From an uncultured Pseudomonadota bacterium (lineage in GTDB: Bacteria; Pseudomonadota; Gammaproteobacteria; Burkholderiales; SG8-39), in assembly GCA_937907425.1 (NCBI GenBank), contig CALCIE010000065.1, positions 6,191 through 70,190 of the forward strand: a stretch of 64,000 nt of DNA. The letters run 5' to 3'. Position 1 is the first letter of the stretch; each line of letters begins with the position of its first letter. Shown here one piece after another: positions 39,375 through 49,611 of this stretch. The translations under genes and the position numbers were made by a program. The notes under the pieces are model-generated. The model did not search any database. It was not told the DNA's origin and was given only the letters and a program-made list of their open reading frames with translations.

Positions 39375-40270
39375 GCGCGCTGCCGGATCTCGCGACGCGC
39401 CTGCAGCGGCTCGCGCCGGCGCGTTCCTTCGCCAGCAACGACGCGCGCAGCGCCGAACTGGAAGCGCTGATGGCCCGTGTCGCACGCCTGCGCGGGCGTG
39501 CGCGCGAAATCGCCCGCATGCGGCCGCGCCTCGACGTGGCCTCGCTCGGCGGGCGCTGGGTCGGCGAACATCTGCTTTGCGTCGAACGTCGTTATCCCCT
39601 CGTCAGCCGCCACGGCGACGTGCCTTTGCGGCGACTGGCGCAACTGCGGCACGACCGCGGCGGACTGCTGGGCATCGAACACGCGCTCGATCCGCGGCGC
39701 ATCGTCTTCCTCGACACCGAGACCAACGGCTTGTCGGGCGGCAGCGGTACGCTGGCCTTCATGCTCGGGCTGGCGAAGCTCGAAGAGGAACTGCTCGTCG
39801 TGCGCCAATATGTGCTCACCCGCTACAGTGCCGAAGCGGCCATGCTCGACCGGCTGGCAGAGGAATTGCACGGCGCGGCGCATGTCGTGACCTACAACGG
39901 CAAGCGTTTCGACGTGCCGCTCCTGCAGACCCGCCTGAGGCTGCACGGCCGCGGCGATCCCTTCGCGGCTTTGCCGCACATCGATCTGCTGCACGCGCTG
40001 CGGCGCGCCAGACGCCACCGCCCGGAGCTCGGCGTCCTGGCCGACTGCCGCCTGCAGACCGCCGAAGCGCGGCTGCTGCGGCTCGAACGCCGGGACGATC
40101 TGCCGGGCAGCGAAATCCCCCGCGCCTGGGAACGCCTGCTGCGCGACGAAGACGCTTCGCTGCTCGCCCAGGCGCTGGAACACAACCGCCTCGACCTGCT
40201 CAGCCTGGCCGCGCTGCTGCCGGCGCTGGGCGATCTGGCGGGCACGCTGCTCGGCGCCCCGGCCGCCTGA
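39371..40270 (+). CDS. RNase H-like DEDD exonuclease (MrfB/YprB-like)
   Basis: IVFLDTETNGL (Exo I), YNGKRFDVPLL (Exo II) and HIDLLHALRR (Exo III). ATGA overlap with the helicase gene. Confidence 0.8.
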   Translation: MSALPDLATRLQRLAPARSFASNDARSAELEALMARVARLRGRAREIARMRPRLDVASLGGRWVGEHLLCVERRYPLVSRHGDVPLRRLAQLRHDRGGLLGIEHALDPRRIVFLDTETNGLSGGSGTLAFMLGLAKLEEELLVVRQYVLTRYSAEAAMLDRLAEELHGAAHVVTYNGKRFDVPLLQTRLRLHGRGDPFAALPHIDLLHALRRARRHRPELGVLADCRLQTAEARLLRLERRDDLPGSEIPRAWERLLRDEDASLLAQALEHNRLDLLSLAALLPALGDLAGTLLGAPAA

Positions 40271-40338
40271 CGCTCCGCCTCCGGCTACAGGCGCGCCGCT
40301 TGCCTGCCTTCCTGCCGGAAAAACGGTTCGAGGCAAGC

Positions 40339-40908
40339 ATGTCACCGACTCTCAAAATCCTCGGCATCGTCGGCAGCCTGCGCCGCGATTCATTCAACCT
40401 GAAGTTGATGCGGGCCGCCGAGCGCAAAATGCCGGCGGGCACGGAACTGCGCATCCTTACGCTCGAAGGCATCCCGCCCTTCAACCAGGACGAAGAGCAG
40501 CAACCGCCGCCCGCCGTGACGCAGTTGAAGCGCGCCATCCGCGACGCCGACGCGCTGCTGATCGCCACACCGGAATACAACTACTCCATCCCCGGCGTGC
40601 TGAAGAACGCCATCGACTGGGCGACGCGGCCCTACGGCGACAACCCCTTCCGCGACAAGCCTGGCGCGCTCATGGGCGCCACGATAGGCGGCATGGGCAC
40701 TTCACGCGCGCAATACCATCTGCGGCAGGTGCTCTGCGCGCTGAACGTGCATCTGCTCAACCAGCCGGAGCTGATGATCAGCCATGCCGACCACGCCTTC
40801 GACGACGAGGGCAGCCTGCGTGACGAGGAGCGGGCGGCGCAACTGGACAAGCTTCTGCAGGCGCTCGTCGCATGGACGCTGCGGCTCAAAGGCCCGCAGT
40901 CGGAATGA
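40339..40908 (+). CDS. NADPH-dependent FMN reductase (ChrR/YieF-like)
   Basis: KILGIVGSLRRDSFN ... ATPEYNYSIPGVLKNAIDW is the family signature. Confidence 0.85.
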   Translation: MSPTLKILGIVGSLRRDSFNLKLMRAAERKMPAGTELRILTLEGIPPFNQDEEQQPPPAVTQLKRAIRDADALLIATPEYNYSIPGVLKNAIDWATRPYGDNPFRDKPGALMGATIGGMGTSRAQYHLRQVLCALNVHLLNQPELMISHADHAFDDEGSLRDEERAAQLDKLLQALVAWTLRLKGPQSE

Positions 40909-40918
40909 GGGAGCGACC

Positions 40919-41644
40919 ATGAACGACGAAGCCGATTTCCGTTTCGAGTCCGATGCCCGGTACGCTGTGCTCACGCTGCGCGCGCCCGTCGCAGAAAGCC
41001 TGCGCGACGGCCTGGCACGGCTCGCTGCACTTACCGACGTACGAACCCTGCTCCTCGTGCTGTCGGCCGAAACGCTCGCCGCACCCGGTCCCGCCGCGCA
41101 AGCGCTGCCCGATGCCCTGGACCGGGACTGCCATCCGCTGGTGCTGCAACTGCGCGCGCTGCCCTATCCGGTAATCTGCGCGGTGGGCGGCTACGCCACC
41201 GGCCTTGCCGCGGGCATCGCACTCGCGTGCGACGTCGTGGTCGCCACGCACCGGGCCGCGTTCAATTTCTCGTTCCGCGAAGGCACGACGCTGCCGGGCT
41301 GCGGCAGCACCTGGCTGCTGCCGCGCATGGTCGGCATGACGCGTGCGCTCGGCATGCTGCTGTTGCGCGACAAGCTCACCGCCGACGAGGCCGAGCGCTA
41401 CGGCCTGATCTGGGCCTGCGTGGCCGACGACCGGCTGCTCGACGAGGGACACGGCATCGCCCGCTACTTCGCCTCGCAGCCGCCGCGCGCGCTGGCGGCG
41501 GTCAAGCGCGCCCTGCAGGCCGCCGCCGACAACGACTTCGACGCGCAGCTCCATCTCGAAGCGGCCATGCACCGCGAGCTCGCGAACGACCGCCAGCCGG
41601 CTACAGCAGATAGGCCGCGTGATGGCGCAGGTGGTCGGCCATGA
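40919..41644 (+). CDS. Enoyl-CoA hydratase/isomerase (crotonase) family protein
   Basis: Crotonase-fold pattern (VICAVGGYATGLAAGIALACD). The 3' end overlaps the convergent fghA by 44 nt. Confidence 0.7.
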   Translation: MNDEADFRFESDARYAVLTLRAPVAESLRDGLARLAALTDVRTLLLVLSAETLAAPGPAAQALPDALDRDCHPLVLQLRALPYPVICAVGGYATGLAAGIALACDVVVATHRAAFNFSFREGTTLPGCGSTWLLPRMVGMTRALGMLLLRDKLTADEAERYGLIWACVADDRLLDEGHGIARYFASQPPRALAAVKRALQAAADNDFDAQLHLEAAMHRELANDRQPATADRPRDGAGGRP

Positions 41645-42437
41645 AGGTGGCGATGAAGTAGTAGCCGTGGTCGTAGCCCGGCTGCATGCGCAGCTGCAGG
41701 CGCGTTCCGCTCGCTTCGCAGGCCTCGGCGAATTTCTCCGGCTGCAGTTGCACGCCCAGGAATTTGTCGGCCGTGCCCTGATCGATGAGGATGGTGCCGT
41801 CGTAACGCCGCGCCCGTACGAGCTCGGCGGCGTCGTAGCTGCGCCAGGCTTCGCGGTCGATGCCCAGATAGCCCTCGAAAGCCTTCTTGCCCCACGGCAC
41901 CTGCGAAGGCGTGACGATGGGCGCGAAGGCCGACACCGACAGATACTTGTCGGGATTGCGCAGCGCGCATACCAGCGCGCCGTGTCCGCCCATGGAATGA
42001 CCGAAGATGCTCTGCCGTTCACCCGCCTCGAAATTCGCACGCACCACCGCCGGCAGTTCCTCGGTGACGTAGCTGTACATGCGGTAATGCGCCGACCACG
42101 GTGCGCGCGTGGCATCGACGTAGAAGCCCGCTCCCAGACCGAAGTCCCAGTCGGCGTCGTCGCCCGGGAACCGCGCGTCGCGCGGGCTGGTGTCGGGCGA
42201 CACCAGCATGATGCCGAGCTCCGCCGCCAGGCGTTGTGCACCGGCCTTGATGGCGAAGGTCTCCTCGGTGCACGTCAGCCCAGCCAGGTAGAACAGGATC
42301 GGCGGCCGCTCGCGCGAACGCGGGGGGCGGAACACCGAGAAGCGCATCTCGGTGTCGCAGACCTCGGAATGATGCGCGTAGAAGCCCTGCACCCCGCCGA
42401 AACAGGCGTGCTCGGAAATCACTTTAAGCTCGCTCAA
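41601..42437 (-). CDS. fghA: S-formylglutathione hydrolase (esterase D)
   Basis: [17 protein letters not shown] and GHSMGGHGA (nucleophile Ser). The TTG start overlaps the dodecin stop (TTGA). Confidence 0.9.
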   Translation of the reverse strand: MSELKVISEHACFGGVQGFYAHHSEVCDTEMRFSVFRPPRSRERPPILFYLAGLTCTEETFAIKAGAQRLAAELGIMLVSPDTSPRDARFPGDDADWDFGLGAGFYVDATRAPWSAHYRMYSYVTEELPAVVRANFEAGERQSIFGHSMGGHGALVCALRNPDKYLSVSAFAPIVTPSQVPWGKKAFEGYLGIDREAWRSYDAAELVRARRYDGTILIDQGTADKFLGVQLQPEKFAEACEASGTRLQLRMQPGYDHGYYFIATFMADHLRHHAAYLL

Positions 42438-42658
42438 TCGTCGTCCTCTTCGTCGTCGACGCGGAAACCGACCTTGACGGTCACCTGCCAGTGTTTGACG
42501 CGGTTGTCCTCGATGTAGCCGCGCGTATCGACCACCTGGAACCAGTGCAGATGGCGCAGCGTCCTGCCCGCCTTGGCGATCGCGTTGTTGATGGCGTCCT
42601 CGATGCTCTTTCCGGACGAGCCGGTCAGTTCCACCAGCTTGTAGACATGGTCGCTCAT
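42434..42658 (-). CDS. Dodecin-family flavin-binding protein
   Basis: [42 protein letters not shown] is a typical dodecin sequence, followed by an acidic tail. Confidence 0.8.
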   Translation of the reverse strand: MSDHVYKLVELTGSSGKSIEDAINNAIAKAGRTLRHLHWFQVVDTRGYIEDNRVKHWQVTVKVGFRVDDEEDDD

Positions 42659-42692
42659 GGGCCCCCTCCTCGGTTGAAAACGCCGTCCCGGC

Positions 42693-43802
<1,110 letters not shown>

Positions 43803-43881
43803 GGCTCGTCCTCACTCGAAGTTGGGAAGCGGCAGCCCCAAGCCTAGACGACCGGGTGCGCAGGCGCAAGCGCAAGGCATA

Positions 43882-44646
43882 ATGCGCGCCGTGAAGCGTC
43901 GCGCGGCATGGCTCTTGCACCGGGTGCTGTTCGTCTGCTGCGCCACGCTGCTGCCCTTTTCCGTCGCAATGAACGCCGAAAACGACTACGCCGAGCAGCG
44001 CGCACGCCTGCTGGTCGACATCGCCGGCATGGCGGCTTCCAGCGCGTCCTACACCGGCCGCAGCAGTTTCTCGCCGCGCGTCATGCAGGCGATCGAACGC
44101 GTGCCCCGTCACGCCTTCGTGCCCGAATCGCAACGCGCTCACGCCTACGAGAACCGGCCGCTGCCCATCGGCGAAGGCCAGACGATTTCGCAGCCTTTCA
44201 TCGTCGCGCTGATGACGGACATGCTGGAGCCGCGGCCCGACGATGTAGTACTCGAGGTCGGTACCGGGTCAGGCTACCAGGCGGCGGTGCTCGCCGAGCT
44301 CGTCGCGCGCGTTTACACCGTCGAGGTGCTGGAATCGGTCGGCAAACGCGGCGCGCAGGTCCTGCGCGAGCTGGGCTACGACAACGTCCACACCCGCATC
44401 GGAGACGGCTACGAAGGCTGGCCCGAACACGCGCCTTTCGACGGCATCATCGTCACCGCCGCCGCCCCGCACATCCCGCAGCCGCTCATCGACCAGCTCA
44501 AGCCCGGCGGACGCCTGGTCATTCCCGTCGGCCCGAGCGGCGGCGTGCAGACGCTGGTCCTGATCCGCAAGCACATGGACGGCTCGGTCACGCGCAGCGA
44601 GACCATCCCGGTGCAGTTCGTGCCGCTCACGCGCACGGCCGACTGA
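43882..44646 (+). CDS. pcm: Protein-L-isoaspartate O-methyltransferase with an N-terminal signal/anchor
   Basis: GEGQTISQPFIVALM and VLEVGTGSGYQAAVLA, preceded by the hydrophobic stretch LLHRVLFVCCATLLPFSVA. Confidence 0.85.
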   Translation: MRAVKRRAAWLLHRVLFVCCATLLPFSVAMNAENDYAEQRARLLVDIAGMAASSASYTGRSSFSPRVMQAIERVPRHAFVPESQRAHAYENRPLPIGEGQTISQPFIVALMTDMLEPRPDDVVLEVGTGSGYQAAVLAELVARVYTVEVLESVGKRGAQVLRELGYDNVHTRIGDGYEGWPEHAPFDGIIVTAAAPHIPQPLIDQLKPGGRLVIPVGPSGGVQTLVLIRKHMDGSVTRSETIPVQFVPLTRTAD

Positions 44647-44672
44647 GCATCCTGCTGCCGCCCGCGCTATGA

Positions 44673-46589
44673 TTGCGCGTTTTTCGGCGCCGCCTCCGCA
44701 GGCCATCCGCAGTGACCGTGTCGTTTCCCATATCCGATCCAGCTTCACCCGTCGCATTCACCGAACTGCTCGCCGGCCCCGCCGTATGGGCGCTGGTCGA
44801 CGGCCGCTCGCCGCATGACGACGAGCCGGGCGTGTGGGTCCTGCGCGGTCTTGCCGAACGCATCGACGCCGCGCGCCCGGAAGACGTCGAGACCGCCTGC
44901 GAACGCATCGAAGCGCTGAGCCGTACGCAGCACGTCGTGGCGCTGCTCGACTACGAGCTCGGCTACTGGCTGGAACCGCGCGCGGCGCTCACCGCGCCGC
45001 AGATCGAACGTCCGCCGCTCACCGCTCTCGCCTTCGAGCAGGCGAAATGGATGCCGCAGGCGACGTTCGACGACCAGCTCGCCGCCTTCGTCGCGCAACT
45101 GCCCGAAACCGAGCGCCACGCAGGCATCGCCGAGGTGCGCCGCGGCCTGGAGCGCGAACCCTACCGCGCGGCCATCGAACGCATCCTGCACTACATCCGC
45201 GAAGGCGACTGCTACCAGATCAACTACACCTGGCCGATGCACTTCCGCTGCTACGGCTCGCCGCTCGCGCTCTATCTCGCGCTGCGCCGCCGCCAGCCCG
45301 TCGAGCACGGCGCGCTCGTCCGGCTGCCGGACCGCACGGTACTGTCGCTCTCGCCCGAGCTCTTCCTGGAGCGGCACGGCTCGCGGCTGCATTCGCGGCC
45401 GATGAAAGGGACCGCGCCGCGCGGCGCCACGGAACTGGAGGACCAGCGCAACGCCGACGCGCTGCAGGCCTCCGAAAAGGACCGCGCGGAGAACGTGATG
45501 ATCGTCGATCTCATCCGCAACGATCTCGGACGCATCGCCCGGCCGGGTTCGGTGCGCGTCGCCTCGCTGTTCGAGATCGAACGCTATCCCACCGTGCTGC
45601 AGATGGTGTCCTCGGTGGTCGCCGACGCGCCCGAGGCATCGCTCTACGACATCCTGCGCGCGCTGTTCCCCTGCGGCTCCATCACCGGCGCGCCGAAGAT
45701 CCGCGCCATGCAGATCGCGCAGGAACTGGAGCACGGTCCGCGCCGCCTCTACACCGGCAGCATCGGCCTGATCCGTCCGGGCGGTGATTTCAGCTTCAGC
45801 GTCGTCATCCGCACGCTGGAGATCGACGCCGGCGGTGAAGGCCGCCTGGGCATCGGCAGCGGCATCGTGCACGACTCCGACCCGGATCGCGAGTACGACG
45901 AATGCCTGGCCAAGGCGCGCTTCGCCACCGGGCTGCCGGCGGAGTTCGAACTGATCGAAACGCTCAAGCTGCTGCCGCAGGAGCGCGAGCCCTACCCGCT
46001 GCTCGCGTGGCATCTCGAGCGCCTGAGCGAATCGGCGCGCTACTTCGGCTTCCGTTACGACGAAGCGGCGATCCTGAACGCGCTGGAGGACGTGCGCCGC
46101 CGCGCCGGCACGCAGCCGCAGCGCGTGCGGCTCACTCTGTCGAAATCGGGGAACGTGAACATCGGCGCCGCCGCGCTTCCGCCGCCCTTCGCCGAGCCGC
46201 CCGGCGTGATCTACGCCGATGCGCCGGTGCAATCGGACAACGTCTTCCTGCGTCACAAGACCACGGTGCGCGGCACGTACGAGGAAGCGCTCAAGCGCGT
46301 CGAGCAACTGCCCGGCTGTTTCGACGCGCTGTTTTTCAACGAACGCGGCGAACTGACCGAAGGGGCGCGGACCAACGTCTATCTGGTGATGGACGGGCGC
46401 TGGTATACGCCGCCGCTGGCCTGCGGGGTGCTGAACGGTGCCATGCGCCGCGCGCTCATGGCGCAGCACACGCCACGCATCGAGGAACGGGTGCTGTACC
46501 GCGCGGACGTGGAGGCCGCGGACGAGATCTGGCTGTCGAACGCGTTGCGCGGCCTGTTCCGCGTGCGTCTGCTCAAACCCGCGCCGTAG
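44673..46589 (+). CDS. pabB: Aminodeoxychorismate synthase component I fused to an aminodeoxychorismate lyase-like class IV aminotransferase domain
   Basis: Chorismate-binding motifs (FPCGSITGAPKIRAMQI, YTGSIG) followed by a class IV fold C-terminal domain of about 200 aa. The start is uncertain (TTG 44673, GTG 44712 or GTG 44718). Confidence 0.8.
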   Translation: MRVFRRRLRRPSAVTVSFPISDPASPVAFTELLAGPAVWALVDGRSPHDDEPGVWVLRGLAERIDAARPEDVETACERIEALSRTQHVVALLDYELGYWLEPRAALTAPQIERPPLTALAFEQAKWMPQATFDDQLAAFVAQLPETERHAGIAEVRRGLEREPYRAAIERILHYIREGDCYQINYTWPMHFRCYGSPLALYLALRRRQPVEHGALVRLPDRTVLSLSPELFLERHGSRLHSRPMKGTAPRGATELEDQRNADALQASEKDRAENVMIVDLIRNDLGRIARPGSVRVASLFEIERYPTVLQMVSSVVADAPEASLYDILRALFPCGSITGAPKIRAMQIAQELEHGPRRLYTGSIGLIRPGGDFSFSVVIRTLEIDAGGEGRLGIGSGIVHDSDPDREYDECLAKARFATGLPAEFELIETLKLLPQEREPYPLLAWHLERLSESARYFGFRYDEAAILNALEDVRRRAGTQPQRVRLTLSKSGNVNIGAAALPPPFAEPPGVIYADAPVQSDNVFLRHKTTVRGTYEEALKRVEQLPGCFDALFFNERGELTEGARTNVYLVMDGRWYTPPLACGVLNGAMRRALMAQHTPRIEERVLYRADVEAADEIWLSNALRGLFRVRLLKPAP

Positions 46590-46592
46590 TCC

Positions 46593-46955
46593 TCAGCGCG
46601 CCGGCGCGTCGCCGCGCCGGTATTCCTCGCGCAACTGGCTGGCATGCCGGTACGCGGGCTGGATTTGCTCTTCCGGCGTGGGCGGTACGTCGCCGCGCGG
46701 CAGCATGGGCTGCGCCGGTTCCGCCTCGGGGGCCTGCGGCGTCACGCGCTCCAGCCGCTGCAGGCGGTCGCGCAGCCGCCGCAAGTCGTCGACGCTGCAG
46801 CGTCCGTGGCGGTAACAGCCGTCGTAGTAATAGAACGAACCGGCGCGCGTGAAGACGGCGTCGCTCGGATAGACGTACTGCTGCTCGGCCTGCGCGGCAG
46901 GCGCCAGAAGAACGAGCAGCGCCGCGACGCAACGCACGGCACGCAGCGGGCTCAT
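46593..46955 (-). CDS. Secreted hypothetical protein (120 aa)
   Basis: Signal peptide MSPLRAVRCVAALLVLLAPAAQA. No family recognised. Confidence 0.5.
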   Translation of the reverse strand: MSPLRAVRCVAALLVLLAPAAQAEQQYVYPSDAVFTRAGSFYYYDGCYRHGRCSVDDLRRLRDRLQRLERVTPQAPEAEPAQPMLPRGDVPPTPEEQIQPAYRHASQLREEYRRGDAPAR

Positions 46956-46976
46956 GGCGCCGTCTGGCCGCCGGCC

Positions 46977-47168
46977 TCAGTAGTCTTCATGCGCGCCCTC
47001 GCCGGCCTGCGAGGCGCGTTCCGCCGCCTGCGCTTCCCGCATCATGCGGCAGGCGAGCAGCTGTTCCACCAGGCTGGGCGGATGCGGCACCGTTTCGCCC
47101 GGCTGCAGCCGCCGCGACAAATGCAGGAAACCGGTGCCGTTGGGACGCATGGTACTGATGGGTTCCAT
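46977..47168 (-). CDS. Hypothetical small protein (63 aa)
   Basis: ORF only; no family recognised. Confidence 0.3.
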   Translation of the reverse strand: MEPISTMRPNGTGFLHLSRRLQPGETVPHPPSLVEQLLACRMMREAQAAERASQAGEGAHEDY

Positions 47169-47423
47169 TGTCTTCCCTCCGCGAATGACCCCGACCCGGG
47201 CGGAAAGCCTGCGCCGTCCCGCCCTCGTGATGCGCCCAAAGCAGCACCCATGCCTGCGCGCGCCCTTTTCCCGTCCTGCGGACGGTATCGACGCTTAAGT
47301 GACGGTTCGGGAAGGCCGCCGCTCGGGTAAAAAACCGTGCGCCTGCGGCAATCCAGAGCATCCGCGGCGCATACCGCCTGCCCATGTGCGTCCACAAATG
47401 ACAAGGCGGCGCACAAATGACAA

Positions 47424-47442
47424 GGGGCCCGCGCGGGGCCCC
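47424..47442 (-). terminator. efp terminator hairpin
   Basis: The minus strand reads GGGGCCC-CGCGC-GGGCCCC followed by UUGUCAUUUGU, about 25 nt after the efp stop. Confidence 0.6.
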
Positions 47443-47467
47443 TCGTATGCGGACGGCGGGAAACCGC

Positions 47468-48031
47468 TCAGTTCGCGTTGGCGCGGCGGCGGTATTCGCC
47501 CGTGCGGGTGTCGATCTCGATCATGTCGCCGGTTTCGCAGAACAGCGGCACCTGAACCTCGAAGCCGGTGGCAAGCTTCGCCGGCTTCAGCACTTTGCCG
47601 GTGGTATCGCCGCGCACCGCCGGTTCGGTATAGGCGATCTGGCGCACCACCGTCTGCGGCAGCTCGACCGAGATCGCCCTGCCGTTGAAGAACACCACCT
47701 CGCATTGCATGCCGTCTTCGAGGTAGTTCAGGGCGTCGCCCATGTTGTCCTTCTCGACCTCGTACTGGTTGTACTCACTGTCCATGAACACGTACATGGG
47801 ATCGGCGTAGTACGAGTACGTCACTTCCTTGCGGTCGAGGATCACCACGTCGAACTTCTCGTCCGCGCGGTACACGCTTTCGCTGACGGAACCGGTGAGC
47901 AGGTTCTTCAGCTTCATTTTCACGACCGAAGCGTTGCGGCCGGATTTGTTGAACTCGGCCTTCTGCACCACCATCGGGTCCTTGCCGAGCATGACGACGT
48001 TGCCTACGCGTAATTCCTGAGCTTGTTTCAT
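47468..48031 (-). CDS. efp: Elongation factor P (Arg32 type)
   Basis: [35 protein letters not shown]. Residue 32 is Arg within the KSGRN loop. Confidence 0.95.
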   Translation of the reverse strand: MKQAQELRVGNVVMLGKDPMVVQKAEFNKSGRNASVVKMKLKNLLTGSVSESVYRADEKFDVVILDRKEVTYSYYADPMYVFMDSEYNQYEVEKDNMGDALNYLEDGMQCEVVFFNGRAISVELPQTVVRQIAYTEPAVRGDTTGKVLKPAKLATGFEVQVPLFCETGDMIEIDTRTGEYRRRANAN

Positions 48032-48113
48032 AGCTGCCTGATCTTCCCTGCCGGCGGGGCGCCGCCCTGCGGGGGAGCCGCACCGAAAATTGTCCCGCGA
48101 TTGGAAAAGCTGC

Positions 48114-49256
48114 TTATTTTACTTGCGCTTGCACGAACTTGACCAGTTCGGCGGCCAATTCGGGCCCCTGTTCGCGCAATACTGCCCAGCGTTCGGCGTG
48201 CTGCCGGGCCGCTTCCCATTGCGCGCTCCAGGCCTGCCACGCGCTGCCGGCGTCGGGGGCACCGTGCACCCCGTTCCAGGCGGCATGCAGCGCGCGCGTC
48301 GCCCGGGCGAGCCCCGCCGGCATGCCGGCGCAATAGCGTTCGAGGAAGGCCTCCAGCTTGGCGAAATGGGCGCCGCCCTCCTGCGGATAGATGTGCCAGA
48401 CGAGGGGCCGCGCCGCCCATTGCGCGCGCACGAAAGAATCCTCGCCGCGCACCAGATTGAGATCGCAGGCCCAGAGCAGGCGGTCGTAGTCCGGCTGATC
48501 GCTGAAAGGCAGCACCGCCACGCCCAGCCGCCCGCGCGCGAAGCGCTGCCCCGCGCGGACCTCGCCGCATTCGAAATACGCCGCCACCCGGCGCAGGATC
48601 GCGCCTTCCGGCACGAGGCAGGTCACCAGCGCCTCGCCTTCCGCCCAGGCGTCGAACAGCGGCGCAAGGGCCGGGTTGTCGTAGCAGAACAGCGAGACAC
48701 GCCGCTCGCCCGGCGCGGGCGCAGGCAGGCCGAGTTTCGCCCAGAGCGCGCGCTGTTGCGCGGCGTCGTTCTGAAAGGCTGTGCGTCGCTCGCCCAGATC
48801 GCGCTCGCGCAGCAACCCGCCCGTGCCCGCCTCGAAACCCGGAAAGAAAAAGTGTTTCACCAGCGGCAGCCGCGGATGGGGCGACGGCAGGCCGTGGCAG
48901 CCGCGCACCCAGTCCTCCGCGCTCAGGTATTCGAGATTGATCCACACCGGCGGCCGGGCTTTGCGCGCCATCGCCTCCACATAGGCGGGCGGCAACTGAC
49001 AGCCGAAGGCCTCGATCACCACTTCGCCGGGCTCGATGCCGGGAAAAGGATCGCGCCAGGCTCGCACCTCGACCCCTTCGCGCAGCTGCACCGCCGCTTC
49101 CGGGTCCGCGCCCTGGTCCAGGCGGGCGTAGGCGTGCAGGTCGTCGATCCAGAGGCGCACCGGCACGCCGTGCTCCGCGCGCAGGCTGCGCGCCAGGCGC
49201 CAGGACACCCCGACGTCGCCGAAGTTGTCCACCACCGAACAGAACAGATCCCACAT
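48114..49256 (-). CDS. earP: EF-P arginine-32 rhamnosyltransferase EarP
   Basis: [22 protein letters not shown] and [13 protein letters not shown] are EarP (DUF2331) hallmarks. The gene lies directly upstream of efp. Confidence 0.85.
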   Translation of the reverse strand: MWDLFCSVVDNFGDVGVSWRLARSLRAEHGVPVRLWIDDLHAYARLDQGADPEAAVQLREGVEVRAWRDPFPGIEPGEVVIEAFGCQLPPAYVEAMARKARPPVWINLEYLSAEDWVRGCHGLPSPHPRLPLVKHFFFPGFEAGTGGLLRERDLGERRTAFQNDAAQQRALWAKLGLPAPAPGERRVSLFCYDNPALAPLFDAWAEGEALVTCLVPEGAILRRVAAYFECGEVRAGQRFARGRLGVAVLPFSDQPDYDRLLWACDLNLVRGEDSFVRAQWAARPLVWHIYPQEGGAHFAKLEAFLERYCAGMPAGLARATRALHAAWNGVHGAPDAGSAWQAWSAQWEAARQHAERWAVLREQGPELAAELVKFVQAQVK

Positions 49257-49611
49257 AACGCGGAGCCTAAGGCGGCCCGCCGGGAAACTCAAACGCCGCG
49301 GCATGGGCGTTGCATCGCAGCCGCCATGTTTTCCGCAGCCGACCGCTGAACGTTTTTCCGAACCGATTGATGCTTCAAACCGCGCCGATCCGGCTTCCAC
49401 GGCAGAAAACAAGCTCCACTGGCGCCGGATGTCCGGCCGAACGCCCGGCACGAAAGCCTCGTGGCAGCCGTCGTCGCGCACCGCCCCTTCCCCGGTGTGC
49501 GGCGTGCATGCACGCCTTTAACCGTTTCCGCACGATGCGCCGCGTCGCGCCGGCCCGCCATGGCCCTGCACCGTGCGCAAAGCCGCCGGCCGGCCTGGAA
49601 GGATGCGAACC

